Notes under the pieces: generated by a model
Database searches by the model: none
Seen by the model: the letters and a program-made list of their open reading frames with translations, nothing else
What the model was told of the DNA's origin: nothing
Assembly (NCBI GenBank): GCA_963745025.1
Contig: CAVUWD010000018.1
Span: 64,858 to 128,857, forward strand
Length of the DNA: 64,000 nt
Direction of reading: 5' to 3'
From: an uncultured delta proteobacterium
GTDB lineage: Bacteria; Desulfobacterota; Binatia; JACPRU01
Program-made: the position numbers and the translations under genes
In this document: piece after piece, positions 29,703 to 38,745 of the stretch
How the letters are laid out: each line of letters starts with the position of its first letter
Position numbering within the stretch: the first letter of the stretch is position 1

Positions 29703-30887
29703 TCAGTGCAGAAGGAGGTCGCGCACGATGTCGATGTACGCGCTGCCGTATCCCTCGTACGCATAGCCCTGTGTCAGGAGATGTCGCCCGCTCGCGTCGT
29801 CGGCCGTGGGGGGAGCGGGAGAGAGCGGCTCGATCGCGGTATCCTCGTTCCACTCGTTCCACGACGTGATCAGAATCGCGTGCAGCCTCGGGTCCGCCAG
29901 CGGCTTGCCGATCCGCTCGATTGCCTCCGTGAAGAACGATCCTTCGGAAGCCCCGGCGGTCCAACGGCGGGGAATGACGAAGTGATCCAGTCGAGGCCGT
30001 ACGGCGCGGTCGTTGAAGCCGGGAATTACCCCTGGGACGATGGGGATTCCGGCGACGTTGCGGTAGCGGCGGTAGAGCTTCACGCTGTCCTCCACGAAGT
30101 GGCTCGCGGATCCATATCCGCGATGCCGCTCCGACCCCACGTAGAGGTTGTACGCGGTGATGGCGTCGAAGAGCCGGATCCGCGAGAGCTGCGGTTCGCC
30201 GGTCACGCGGGCCGCCGCGTCGGGATCCTCGGCCGCCTCGACGACGGCCCAGAAGATCTCGTCGCCGATGACGAACGGATCGTAGCCTTCGGCGGCCATC
30301 GCCCGCCTCATCTCGCGCATCGCTTGCGGGAAGAGCCCCCGCATCTGGCGAGTGACGTACAGCACGAGCGTCGGACGGCCATCGATCCGCAGATAGCTCG
30401 GATGCCCAAAATAGCGGCGAGCGATCGTCATCAGATCGGACACGAAGCGGTCTTTTGTGGCCGCGTCGAAGACGATGTCGTTTTCGTCCGCTGAGCGGCC
30501 GAGATCCTTCGATTCATAAAAGATGCAAAAGCGGATCTCGTCGATGTTCGCCGCGCGCAGAAACCCGGATTCGATCGCAGCATTCTGCGCGGGGCGATTC
30601 GGCCACCAGTCGAGGGAGAAGAAGTCGATGGCGTGGGACACAGCGAGGGCGATGTGCTGCTCGGCGATCGACGCGCTGCGCGAGTCGTATTCGCCGAGGG
30701 CCGGTGCCTGCGCTGGCCGCAGAGCACTGCGCAGGTAGCCGTTCGCAAAATTGTCGGGATACCAGACGTAGTAGTGCGCGCCGACGAGGTAGCGCACGCC
30801 ATCCCCGCTGCCGCCAGGGGCGAAGAGCGAGAGCGCGAAGAGGAGGACGCAGGCGAGCGCTGGCCGCGACGGCGCGAGGCGACTCAC
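29703..30887 (-). CDS. GH99/GH71-like glycoside hydrolase, secreted
   Basis: VGAHYYVWY, LGEYDS, IDFFSLDWW, PGFNDR, ITSWNEWNEDTAIEP. Confidence 0.85.
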   Translation of the reverse strand: MSRLAPSRPALACVLLFALSLFAPGGSGDGVRYLVGAHYYVWYPDNFANGYLRSALRPAQAPALGEYDSRSASIAEQHIALAVSHAIDFFSLDWWPNRPAQNAAIESGFLRAANIDEIRFCIFYESKDLGRSADENDIVFDAATKDRFVSDLMTIARRYFGHPSYLRIDGRPTLVLYVTRQMRGLFPQAMREMRRAMAAEGYDPFVIGDEIFWAVVEAAEDPDAAARVTGEPQLSRIRLFDAITAYNLYVGSERHRGYGSASHFVEDSVKLYRRYRNVAGIPIVPGVIPGFNDRAVRPRLDHFVIPRRWTAGASEGSFFTEAIERIGKPLADPRLHAILITSWNEWNEDTAIEPLSPAPPTADDASGRHLLTQGYAYEGYGSAYIDIVRDLLLH

Positions 30888-31147
30888 GTGAGCGCCCAGA
30901 CCCGCCAGTTGCCGGCGCACCATTCGAGGGCCGCGACGGAGCCGAGCGGCGGGCTGGCGAGAAACGCGTATCCCGTGAGGTCCGGGATCTCGGCCACGGA
31001 CCGCAAGGCGAGGAGCAGCGCGAGCGACGTAACCCGCGCGTGGGCCGCGGCGTCCCGCCAAGCCGCGTTCCCGAAAATGAGCACGAACAGCGAGACGACA
31101 AGGCCGGTGAGCAAGGTCTCGACGTCGCGCTTCGCGCTCTGGCCGGC
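30884..31147 (-). pseudogene. C-terminal fragment of a membrane protein
   Basis: Hydrophobic frame whose stop overlaps the GH99-like start; its 5' part is replaced by foreign sequence. Confidence 0.45.
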
Positions 31148-31309
31148 TTGCTGATCCTGCTCGAACACGTGATCAAGCCCGTGCTTACCGGCGCGCGTGG
31201 GTTCCATCAGGGACGCTCGCCCAAAACCATCCATCCCCTTGACCTGCACTACCTCAACCTGCAACGCGAGCCGCACCGCACCTTCCAGACCCTAGCCTTA
31301 GCCGCATGA
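31148..31309 (+). mobile_element. Probable transposase-like C-terminal remnant
   Basis: LLILLEHVIKPVLTG..PLDLHYLNLQRE..FQTLALAA* followed by an AT-rich end; family recognised from memory only. Confidence 0.4.
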
Positions 31310-31810
31310 AGATCAAACGGCGTTGCCACTTACAGCATGTTGGTATTCACATTTCATTAAGCGGCTATCCCCCCGGCGCAATTCCAGAGCGACTACGTCC
31401 TCGGCGATCGGGCTCATCCGACGCGAAGGTGGCAGCCCGGGGAGACCGTGAAGCAGACGGAGCGCGTAAGGGTGCAGGCGAGCGCCCCGTTGGGATGCTA
31501 CGCGGTGGAGCTCGGCGTTTGGTCGCCGTCCGACCACCGGCACCTGCGTCTCGGGCCCTGGTGGCGGCCAGCGCGAAAGTGAGTTCTCCTTCGGCTCGAG
31601 GCAACGCCGGATCGGCTGGCCGCGCGCGCCCCGCAGTGAGCGGCCGCTCCGAGCGAAGCTAGGCCGACGGCCCGCCCACGCCCCGGAAACGAAGGCTCCG
31701 CGGCTCGCTCCCCGGAACGTCTTCGGGCTCGGATCCATGCTATACGCGCCCCGAGCCGGGGAGCGAGCCGATCGGAGCCGAGAAGCTGGAAGAAACCGCA
31801 AACCGAGCCG

Positions 31811-33507
31811 GCCGCGTCGCGGCACTCGATGGTCTGCGCGGGGCGGCTATCGCGCTCGTCCTCGTCTATCACAGCCTCCTGCTTCCGGCGGCGGCAAGCG
31901 TCGCCGACCGATTGTACGCACGCGTCGCGGGCCTCGGTTGGAGCGGCGTCGACCTCTTCTTCGTGCTCTCGGGGTTTCTCGTCACCGGCATCCTCGAGGA
32001 CTCGCGGCGAGGCGTCGACTTCCGCAACTTCTACGCACGCCGGCTGCTCCGCATCTTTCCGCCCTACTACGCGTTTCTATTTCTCCGTCTGCTGCTGATG
32101 CGCACGGGCGCCCTGGCGCAACTGCCCGCTCTCGACGGCGGGGACATCTTCTACCTCTTCTCGTATCTCACCAACGCGGCCATCGCGTTCCAGCTATCGA
32201 CGCCCGAAGCCTATACGTTCGACCTCGGGATCTTCTGGAGCCTGGCGGTCGAGGAGCAGTTCTATCTCCTCTGGCCGCTTTTGGTGTGGGGCCTGCGGCC
32301 GAAGGTCTTCCGGAAGGTGGTTTGCGCGCTGTTCGTCGCGGCCGCTGGGTCCCGCATCGCTCTGCTCTGCCTCGGATACGGCTTCGCCGCCGCCTACATG
32401 CTGACTCCGTGCCGCATGGACGCGCTCGGAGCGGGAGCGCTCGTCGCGCTGCTGGTTCGGGAGCCGATCGACGAGAAGCGTCTCCTGCGCGGCGCCCAGG
32501 CGGTCTTCTTGGCGTGCGCGACGGGGCTCGCCGTGATCGTCTTGGGGACGCGGTCTCCGAGCCCGGCGACGTGGGCGATGGAATCCATCGGGTACAGCTT
32601 GTTCGCCGGCGCCTACGCTTCGGCTCTGATGATCCTGGTCGTCGGCGCGGAAGGGCGCGCGGTCGTTCGTATCTTGAGTGGTCCTCTTCTCGTCGCCCTC
32701 GGGCGGCGCAGCTACGCGATGTATCTCGTTCACGCAACCATCGTCGCGGAAAGCGCGCATTGGTTCCGTACCAGCGGTGAGGCGTTATCGATCGGCGCCA
32801 GCCGGCTTCCTACGCAGCTCGCCTTCACGACCTTTGTCTTCCTCGCCTCGTACGCCGCGGCCGCCGTCTCGTGGCACGCGTTGGAGAAGCACTGCTTGTC
32901 GCTCAAGCGGCTATTCCCCCTGCCCCGCCCCGAAGGGCGGCCGGCGCGCATGGCTTCGTTGAAGGGCTCTTGGGGCTGGCCTGCGGGAGCGACCGTCTCG
33001 CTCGCAACGCTCGCGCTGCTCGTGTCCCTCGCCCTCCGCCTTCTCGGAATGGGCGATGCGCCGCCGCTGCATGCGAGCGCTGGAGGCGGTGCTGTCAAAG
33101 TTCGCTTCGATCGGCCGCTGCCGGGAAGCGGCTGGTACCCCCCGGATACGCTGCCGGCCGGCTACGCCGCATGGACAAGCGCGCCCCGGTCCTCGATACG
33201 TGTGCACCTCGATCCCGGTTGCAGCTATCGCTTGAGGCTTCACGTCCTAGCAGCGATCGCGCCAGAGGTTTCGTCTTCCCTGCGGGCCGGGTTCGGCGAA
33301 ACGGAGATTCCGCTGCGCGCGACGCGCGACGCAGCTGGCGGCGTTTCTTACGAAGGCGTCATCCCGAAGTCGGCGGTCACACCCGAAGGGAGCGTGTTCT
33401 TGAGCGTCGCTGCGGTCCCGACTCCGAGGGCCCTCGCGGCCGGCGACGACGCACGGCCTCGAGGAGTGCTGGTCGACGAACTTCGCATCGAGCCGATCGC
33501 GCCTTGA
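31811..33507 (+). CDS. Acyltransferase-3 (OafA-like) with C-terminal extracellular domain; frameshift at ~31842; start not identified
   Basis: RVAALDGLRG in one frame; GVDLFFVLSGFLVT, FYARRLLRIFP, WSLAVEEQFYLLWP, SYAMYLVH in the next. Confidence 0.85.
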
Positions 33508-33559
33508 GGTCGCAAAGCGCATTTTCTCTCCAGCCGATCCGGACGAGTGGTCGAGCGTT

Positions 33560-34030
33560 TTCAGGGTGAAAGCGTGAGGGCGGGGACGGTCTGGGTAGTC
33601 GAGTCGATCTACGATGGCGAGCTCGGAGACGTGAAGACGCGAAGCTCGGATCGTACAGTGCGGCTGACCGAAGAGAACGGTGCTCCTGGGGCGCCTGATC
33701 GCGGGCAGGAACGACTCCGATAACTTCGCATTCCTCGAACGTGCATGGCCGGGCGGCGAACGGCGCCGCATTCTACAATTGTTTCATAAAGGCCCAGCGC
33801 GAGCTTCGGATCTCTCCGATCCACGACCTCTACTCGACGAAGGACACTTACATCTCCGTCTGCCTCTCGGGCTCTGAGCCCGTGAACCTCTCGCGGCTCT
33901 CGGAGCAGACGGGGGTTTCGGAGTCGACGATCAAGAAGCACTACGGCCGGTTCATGCACCATCCTGATCGCGACGCGATCGAGCTTCGGAAGATCCGCCC
34001 TCCGGCTCTTCCCGAAGAGCTGCTCTATCA
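33560..34030 (+). pseudogene. Degenerate tyrosine recombinase/integrase C-terminal half
   Basis: GTVWVVESIYDGELGDVKTRSSDRTVRL / DLYSTKDTYIS..LSEQTGVSESTIKKHYG, spread over shifting frames. Confidence 0.7.
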
Positions 34031-34200
34031 AACGAGCCCTGCTCCTGACGGCGAGCGCGCGCCTGCATCAACGCGTGGGGCGATGCGGAGAGGAAGCGTG
34101 GTTCGAGAGGGCTCGGTGCGCCGCGCTTCAGGCAAAAAGGGAACCTTTGGCCCTCGTTTGGCCGTCGCGAGGGCCAAACGCGACGTAACCCCGCAAGAAA

Positions 34201-34224
34201 TGGCGGAGATGGATGGGAGTCGAA
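34201..34224 (-). other. 3' fragment of a tRNA (tRNA-Sec-like); probable att site
   Basis: Minus strand TTCGACTCCCATCCATCTCCGCCA gives T-loop, 5-nt T-stem, 8-nt acceptor strand and G-CCA; no 5' half present. Confidence 0.65.
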
Positions 34225-34662
34225 TCCAGCATCGACCGTGAAAAATCAGGAGAATTCTTGCACGATAGTGCGGATTCTGGCCCGACAGGGGAGTTTGGAC
34301 CTCGAGGTCGAAACTTCTGACCACGCCCCGGACCCGGTGCGTGTCGATACGCCGAGGGAGGTGGATCCGCTAACAAGGGGCGGCCGAAGCGATGAGGTGG
34401 CCGAGCAGAAGCGGCGAGGGGCCATCCCCCTGAGGGTCGAGTACTGCAACGGCTTCCGCTCGTCGGGTCGGCCGGGAAGGCCTTCCGCGCAAAACGAAGC
34501 GGCGCCTCGCCGGGGAACCCGGTCCTCCGTCGAAAAGAAAGTCGCACGATGCTGCCACCGGCCGTTTTCTTAGATACGTGGCACGCGGCGCGGCGACCGC
34601 GGGGCGAAGGGGAAGGCGCCCGGCGGTCGTTCAGTGCACGGGTTTTCTCGAGGCGCGCGGCT

Positions 34663-34974
34663 CTAGGCCGCGCGAGGATTGACCTCGCGCGCGATGACCT
34701 CGGATAGATCGTCCTTCGCCTTCTCGAGATCGTATCGGGCCTGGAGGTTGATCCAGAAGTCGGGCGAGTTGCCGAAGTACCGCGAGAGTCGAAGCGCCGT
34801 ATCGGCGCTGATCGAGCGCTCGCCCTTGGTGATCTCAAGGATCCGGTTCGAGGGAACGCGCAGCTCGAGTCCGAGCTTGTTGGCGGAAAGCTCGAGCGGC
34901 TTCATGAACTCCTCCAGGAGAACTTCCCCCGGATGAATCGGCGGCCGGGCCCTCTTGGCCCCCTTTTTCGCCAT
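34663..34974 (-). CDS. higA: HigA family antitoxin
   Basis: PIHPGEVLLEEF, ISADTALRLSRYFGNSPDFWINLQARYDL. Confidence 0.93.
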   Translation of the reverse strand: MAKKGAKRARPPIHPGEVLLEEFMKPLELSANKLGLELRVPSNRILEITKGERSISADTALRLSRYFGNSPDFWINLQARYDLEKAKDDLSEVIAREVNPRAA

Positions 34975-34991
34975 GGCCTCTTCTCCTCTAG

Positions 34992-36994
34992 CGCGAGTTT
35001 ACCGGGTGAGGGGCTGAAGAGGTAGGCAAGGGTGTGTGGCCGCGGGGTTTTCGCGGCGGCCAGGTTGTATTGACTAAGAGCGTGCGGCCGGGGGTTGGGG
35101 GAGCTGGAGCGCCACGGCGAGGCGGGCAATGGCGGGAGGGACTTCGTCGAGCTGGCGGCGCACCTTAGGCCGCCCTCCTTCGGGAGAAGCCTGCACTAGA
35201 GTGGTCTCGCGGATGTGGCGGAGTTTGCGCAGCAGGCTTCGTACGCTGCGAATGGGCACGCCTGCACGGCGAGCGCGGCGCTCAAGGAGCTTCACGAGCA
35301 GATACCCGAGCACGCAGCAGAAGGTGTGGACCTTCAGCTTCTGATCGGTCCAGTGGAAGGTGGGGCGCACAGCGAGCTGGCCTGGATCCTTCAGCTCGCG
35401 AAATGCTCGTTCGGCACGTGACTGCCCGCGATAGGCCGTGATGATGTCGGCCGTAGGCCAGTCGTGGCGGTCGGTCATCAGAATGCGTTTTCCGAAGAGC
35501 TCCTCGGTGAGGTAGTGATAGTGTTCAGCGTCTACCCACGCTTGGAGTCGTAGTCGCCCTGGGCTTCGCTCGACGATCTCGACGTGGAGCAGATCCTTGA
35601 TGTGCTGGCCGCGTAGGATCTCGTCAATGCGCTTGCGCAGCGCGTCGCGACGGCCGCGTCCGCCGCGGGGCGCTTCCAGTCCTGCGGTGAGCTGCGCCAA
35701 CGCCCGAAGCCTCTTGTTGAGCTGTTGGTGAAGGCCGCGGACCTGGCCGGCGCGAAGCGTCGTGGAATCGAGCACGATCAACGTCCGCTCGACTCCCCAG
35801 AGCTCGCGCTGGATCCGATGGGTCCGCAGCCTCTCCCCGCTCGCCAGCTCGACCTCCTCCATGCGATCGCTCGCTTCTGCCAGGAGCGCCGGATACGAAC
35901 TCGGCACCAGACTGCCCACGTAACGGAGCGGCGAGCGATCGACCTCGGCCTGGTTGGTGCGACTATTGTTGCCCTTGTCGTAGACGAGCGTGAGCGGAGT
36001 CTGGGCCCCGAAGAGCTTCTCTACGCGCTCACGAACACTGGTGAGCAGCTCGGGGAATAACCGTGCATCGGGGCGCGACCCCTCGTAAAGCAGGTGAAAG
36101 AGGGGCAGCTGTCCGTCGCGGCTGACCACGAGACCCAGGCCGAGTTGGCGCAGATCGTGCCGCTTCTGCTTGCTATGGCCGCGCTGCGCCAGGGTGCAGC
36201 GCTCGTTGTCCGAGGCGATGAAGGTGAAGAAGTTGGTGGTGTCGTAGAAGAGCAGGTCGGGGGCAATCCCCTCGCGCTCCACCACTCGGCGCACCAGAGC
36301 CTCTTCGATCTGTGCGATGCCCTCGACGGGCAAGAGGTTCATCTGGTCCCAGAAGTGCTGGCTCGTCATCCGCGCCCCATCGACCCCCGCCAGGCGGGGC
36401 AAGCTCGTGGTCGACGCCCATTGGGCCCAGGCACGCTTGCTCGTGGGCTTGCAGGCCCGCCCGATGGCCGCCAGAAGCAGCGACACTCCCGGTGCGACGC
36501 CATCGTTTCGCGGTAGCCGACCCCGGGAGTCGCGAGGGATCTGAGCGTTGATGAGGTCGACCACGCCCAGTTCCTCGGCGAGCGACCACAGGGCTGCCAC
36601 CGCCCCGTGTGAGACCGAGCGGGTACGAAAACCCTCCTCGAGTCGTTGAAGACGGATGAGCAGGTCAGCCGGGCGGCCGAGGTGCATGAGGACGAAGGAG
36701 CGGGGCTTGCCGTTGACCCGCCGCGACTCCACCAACTGCCAGTACTTCTTACCGTGGACGGTCTTGGCGACGAGCGACGCCATATGTTTAGTAGCTACAT
36801 AAATCACCCATCCTCGTCAATAGCTCAACATGCCCTGCGGATAAGGTATAAACACGCCCAGCCAAGACCGCTGGGCCGGCTGAGTTTAGTAGCTACTCAG
36901 GCTTCAACCAACCCATGCGCCCTAAAACCGCCACGGTGCAGCGCTTTCCCCCACGCTGCACCGTCGCGACCCTATGAGCCGCGGTAAACTCGCG
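34992..36994 (-). mobile_element. IS1634-family insertion sequence with 13-bp terminal IR and CTAG duplication
   Basis: CTAG-CGCGAGTTTACCG ... CGGTAAACTCGCG-CTAG (CTAG at 34988-34991 and 36995-36998). Confidence 0.85.
35074..36783 (-). CDS. IS1634-family DDE transposase
   Basis: YWQLVESRRVNGKPR, FYDTTNF, GHSKQKRHDLRQ, VYDKGN, YRGQSRAERAFRELK, HWTDQKLKVH. Confidence 0.92.
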   Translation of the reverse strand: MASLVAKTVHGKKYWQLVESRRVNGKPRSFVLMHLGRPADLLIRLQRLEEGFRTRSVSHGAVAALWSLAEELGVVDLINAQIPRDSRGRLPRNDGVAPGVSLLLAAIGRACKPTSKRAWAQWASTTSLPRLAGVDGARMTSQHFWDQMNLLPVEGIAQIEEALVRRVVEREGIAPDLLFYDTTNFFTFIASDNERCTLAQRGHSKQKRHDLRQLGLGLVVSRDGQLPLFHLLYEGSRPDARLFPELLTSVRERVEKLFGAQTPLTLVYDKGNNSRTNQAEVDRSPLRYVGSLVPSSYPALLAEASDRMEEVELASGERLRTHRIQRELWGVERTLIVLDSTTLRAGQVRGLHQQLNKRLRALAQLTAGLEAPRGGRGRRDALRKRIDEILRGQHIKDLLHVEIVERSPGRLRLQAWVDAEHYHYLTEELFGKRILMTDRHDWPTADIITAYRGQSRAERAFRELKDPGQLAVRPTFHWTDQKLKVHTFCCVLGYLLVKLLERRARRAGVPIRSVRSLLRKLRHIRETTLVQASPEGGRPKVRRQLDEVPPAIARLAVALQLPQPPAARS

Positions 36995-37267
36995 CTAGAG
37001 GTAGTCCACGACTTCGACGTCGTATGCGTTTCCATCCCTCCACACGAAGCAGACGCGCCACTGGTCGTTCACGCGGATCGAGCGCTGCCCGGCGCGTTCG
37101 CCCTTGAGGGTTTCGAGCCGATTTCCCGGCAGAGTTCGCAGGTCTCTGAGATCCTTTGCCGCGTCTAGCAGGTTGAGCTTCCTCTCGATCACGTTCGCGA
37201 GGTTTCTACCAGCTGCGCGAGGGTCGCTTCGTTCCCGCGGTCTTTCGCCGTCTGTGCATTGATTCAA
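36995..37267 (-). pseudogene. higB: HigB toxin with an atypical or truncated N-terminus
   Basis: RKLNLLDAA..PGNRLETLKGERAGQRSIRVNDQWRVCF..VEVVDYL; the usual MIxSF start is absent. Confidence 0.75.
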
Positions 37268-37334
37268 CTGCCTCCAGAACCGCCACCAGGATTCACGCCT
37301 GGTGGCAGTCGACGTGCTGGCTGCTCTCGACCAC

Positions 37335-37661
37335 CTACTCCACGGCCAAGGCGATGCGCAGGGCGGTTCGTAGCTGGCGCAGTTTCGCCGCCGACAGTAC
37401 CGCGACAAAGTCGGTCAGCACCGATTTGTCGAGCGTGAGGAGCTGATCGCAGTTGATGCAGGATGGATGTTTCAGGCCTTCGTCGATCCCTACCGGCACT
37501 TGCGTGGTCAGCCCCACGCAGGTGGTGTTGATCGGAGCACAGACGACGCGCGCGGCTTTCGAGTCGATCAGCGCCTGACGACTGACGACGACGAAGCAGC
37601 GTGATCGCTTCGGGTCGTTGCCGGGCGGGCGGCGGACCCGATAGATCGCGCCGCGATTCAC
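37335..37661 (-). CDS. PemK/MazF family toxin
   Basis: [40 protein letters not shown]. Confidence 0.9.
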   Translation of the reverse strand: MNRGAIYRVRRPPGNDPKRSRCFVVVSRQALIDSKAARVVCAPINTTCVGLTTQVPVGIDEGLKHPSCINCDQLLTLDKSVLTDFVAVLSAAKLRQLRTALRIALAVE

Positions 37662-37960
37662 TCAACGTCCCACGGGGTCTGGTAGGCAAGCGCGTCCGCG
37701 CTCTCCCGGTTGAGGCTGTCGGCATGTTCGTTCAGGAGGCGCACGTCGTTCTCATCGCGCTGCCGCCTGAGGGCGCGCTGCACCGATGCTCGCACGGACC
37801 GTTCAATCCACGCCGAGCGGCTGGCTTTGCCCGCCAGAGCGTCGATGGCCTGCAACAAGCCTTCCGAGAGCGACACCGAGGTCTTCACCTTCCGAGTGCG
37901 CGTCGTAAGCAGAGTGGCGATACTCGCGAGCGGACGCCGGGAGGTTCGTCGAGAAGTCAT
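37658..37960 (-). CDS. Ribbon-helix-helix antitoxin
   Basis: [24 protein letters not shown]; stop overlaps the toxin start. Confidence 0.8.
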   Translation of the reverse strand: MTSRRTSRRPLASIATLLTTRTRKVKTSVSLSEGLLQAIDALAGKASRSAWIERSVRASVQRALRRQRDENDVRLLNEHADSLNRESADALAYQTPWDVE

Positions 37961-37999
37961 ACCTCGCTTCTTACCACCTCCAGCGGTAACTAACTAGAA

Positions 38000-38465
38000 C
38001 CGTCAGTGGCGGCGGCTCCGGACGCGGCGTCATCCCCAGGCGCGACCACGACACGTTCCAGCGGATCCTGGGGCTGAGCCGCGCCGAGGTCCACGCTACG
38101 GTGGACGCGATTCTCGACTTCGCGGAGATCACCGATCTGCGCTTCGCGTGCCTCGAGCACTTGTCCTGGGGCACCCAGCAACGGCTCTACGCGTCGGTCA
38201 TGATTCAGACCATGCGACTCGGCCGTGCCGAGGTCTTCCTCTTCGATGAGTGGCTGCCGGCGCCGATCTCCATTTCAAGGACAAGATCGAGCATCTGCTG
38301 CGCGCCCAACGGCGCCCCGATCAGACGGTGATCTACGCCTCGCACGACCTCGACCGCCTGGCCCAACTCTGCGACCGCGCCATCTACCTGCGCGCCGGCA
38401 CGGTGGTGGTCTACGACGACATCGATCGCGTCCTCGAAGCGTACCGACGCGACGCCGGCGAGTAG
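38000..38465 (+). pseudogene. Fragmented ABC ATP-binding subunit (Wzt-like)
   Basis: GLSRAEV..VDAILDFAEI..LSWGTQQRL, FLFDEWL/AGADLHF, IYASHDLD..LCDRAIYL; frameshifted and lacking Walker A. Confidence 0.75.
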
Positions 38466-38546
38466 CATGGGAGCACCGTCGAACGCCAGCGATCCCCCGC
38501 CGTCTGACCGCTTGGACCAAGATTGGCCGATCGGAATTTGCACGAA

Positions 38547-38663
38547 TTCCCGGTTGGCTGACCTATGGGGTGTATTGGACGCTGCTCCTTCTGATATCAT
38601 ATCTCGTCTGCTCACTGATCGAGCGGCCCTGCCACGCAACGTTGGTCGCGTGGTGGCCGATCC
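38547..38663 (+). repeat. Diverged copy of the 3' end of the acyltransferase at 42126-42242
   Basis: PGWLTYGVYWTLLLLISYLVCSLIERPC versus PGWLSYGVYWMLLLLISYLVWLLIERPC. Confidence 0.85.
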
Positions 38664-38745
38664 TGGATTCAATAACGGGCTTGGCAGCGCGATGGCGTAA
38701 AAATTCGAATCGGAGAAGCCGCCATGCCGCCCGACAACGGCGTCG

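Noticed and set aside
34400-34460. LRVEYCNG resembling an Rdx/SelW-like selenoprotein start
   Set aside because: No in-frame TGA at the expected position and no downstream similarity
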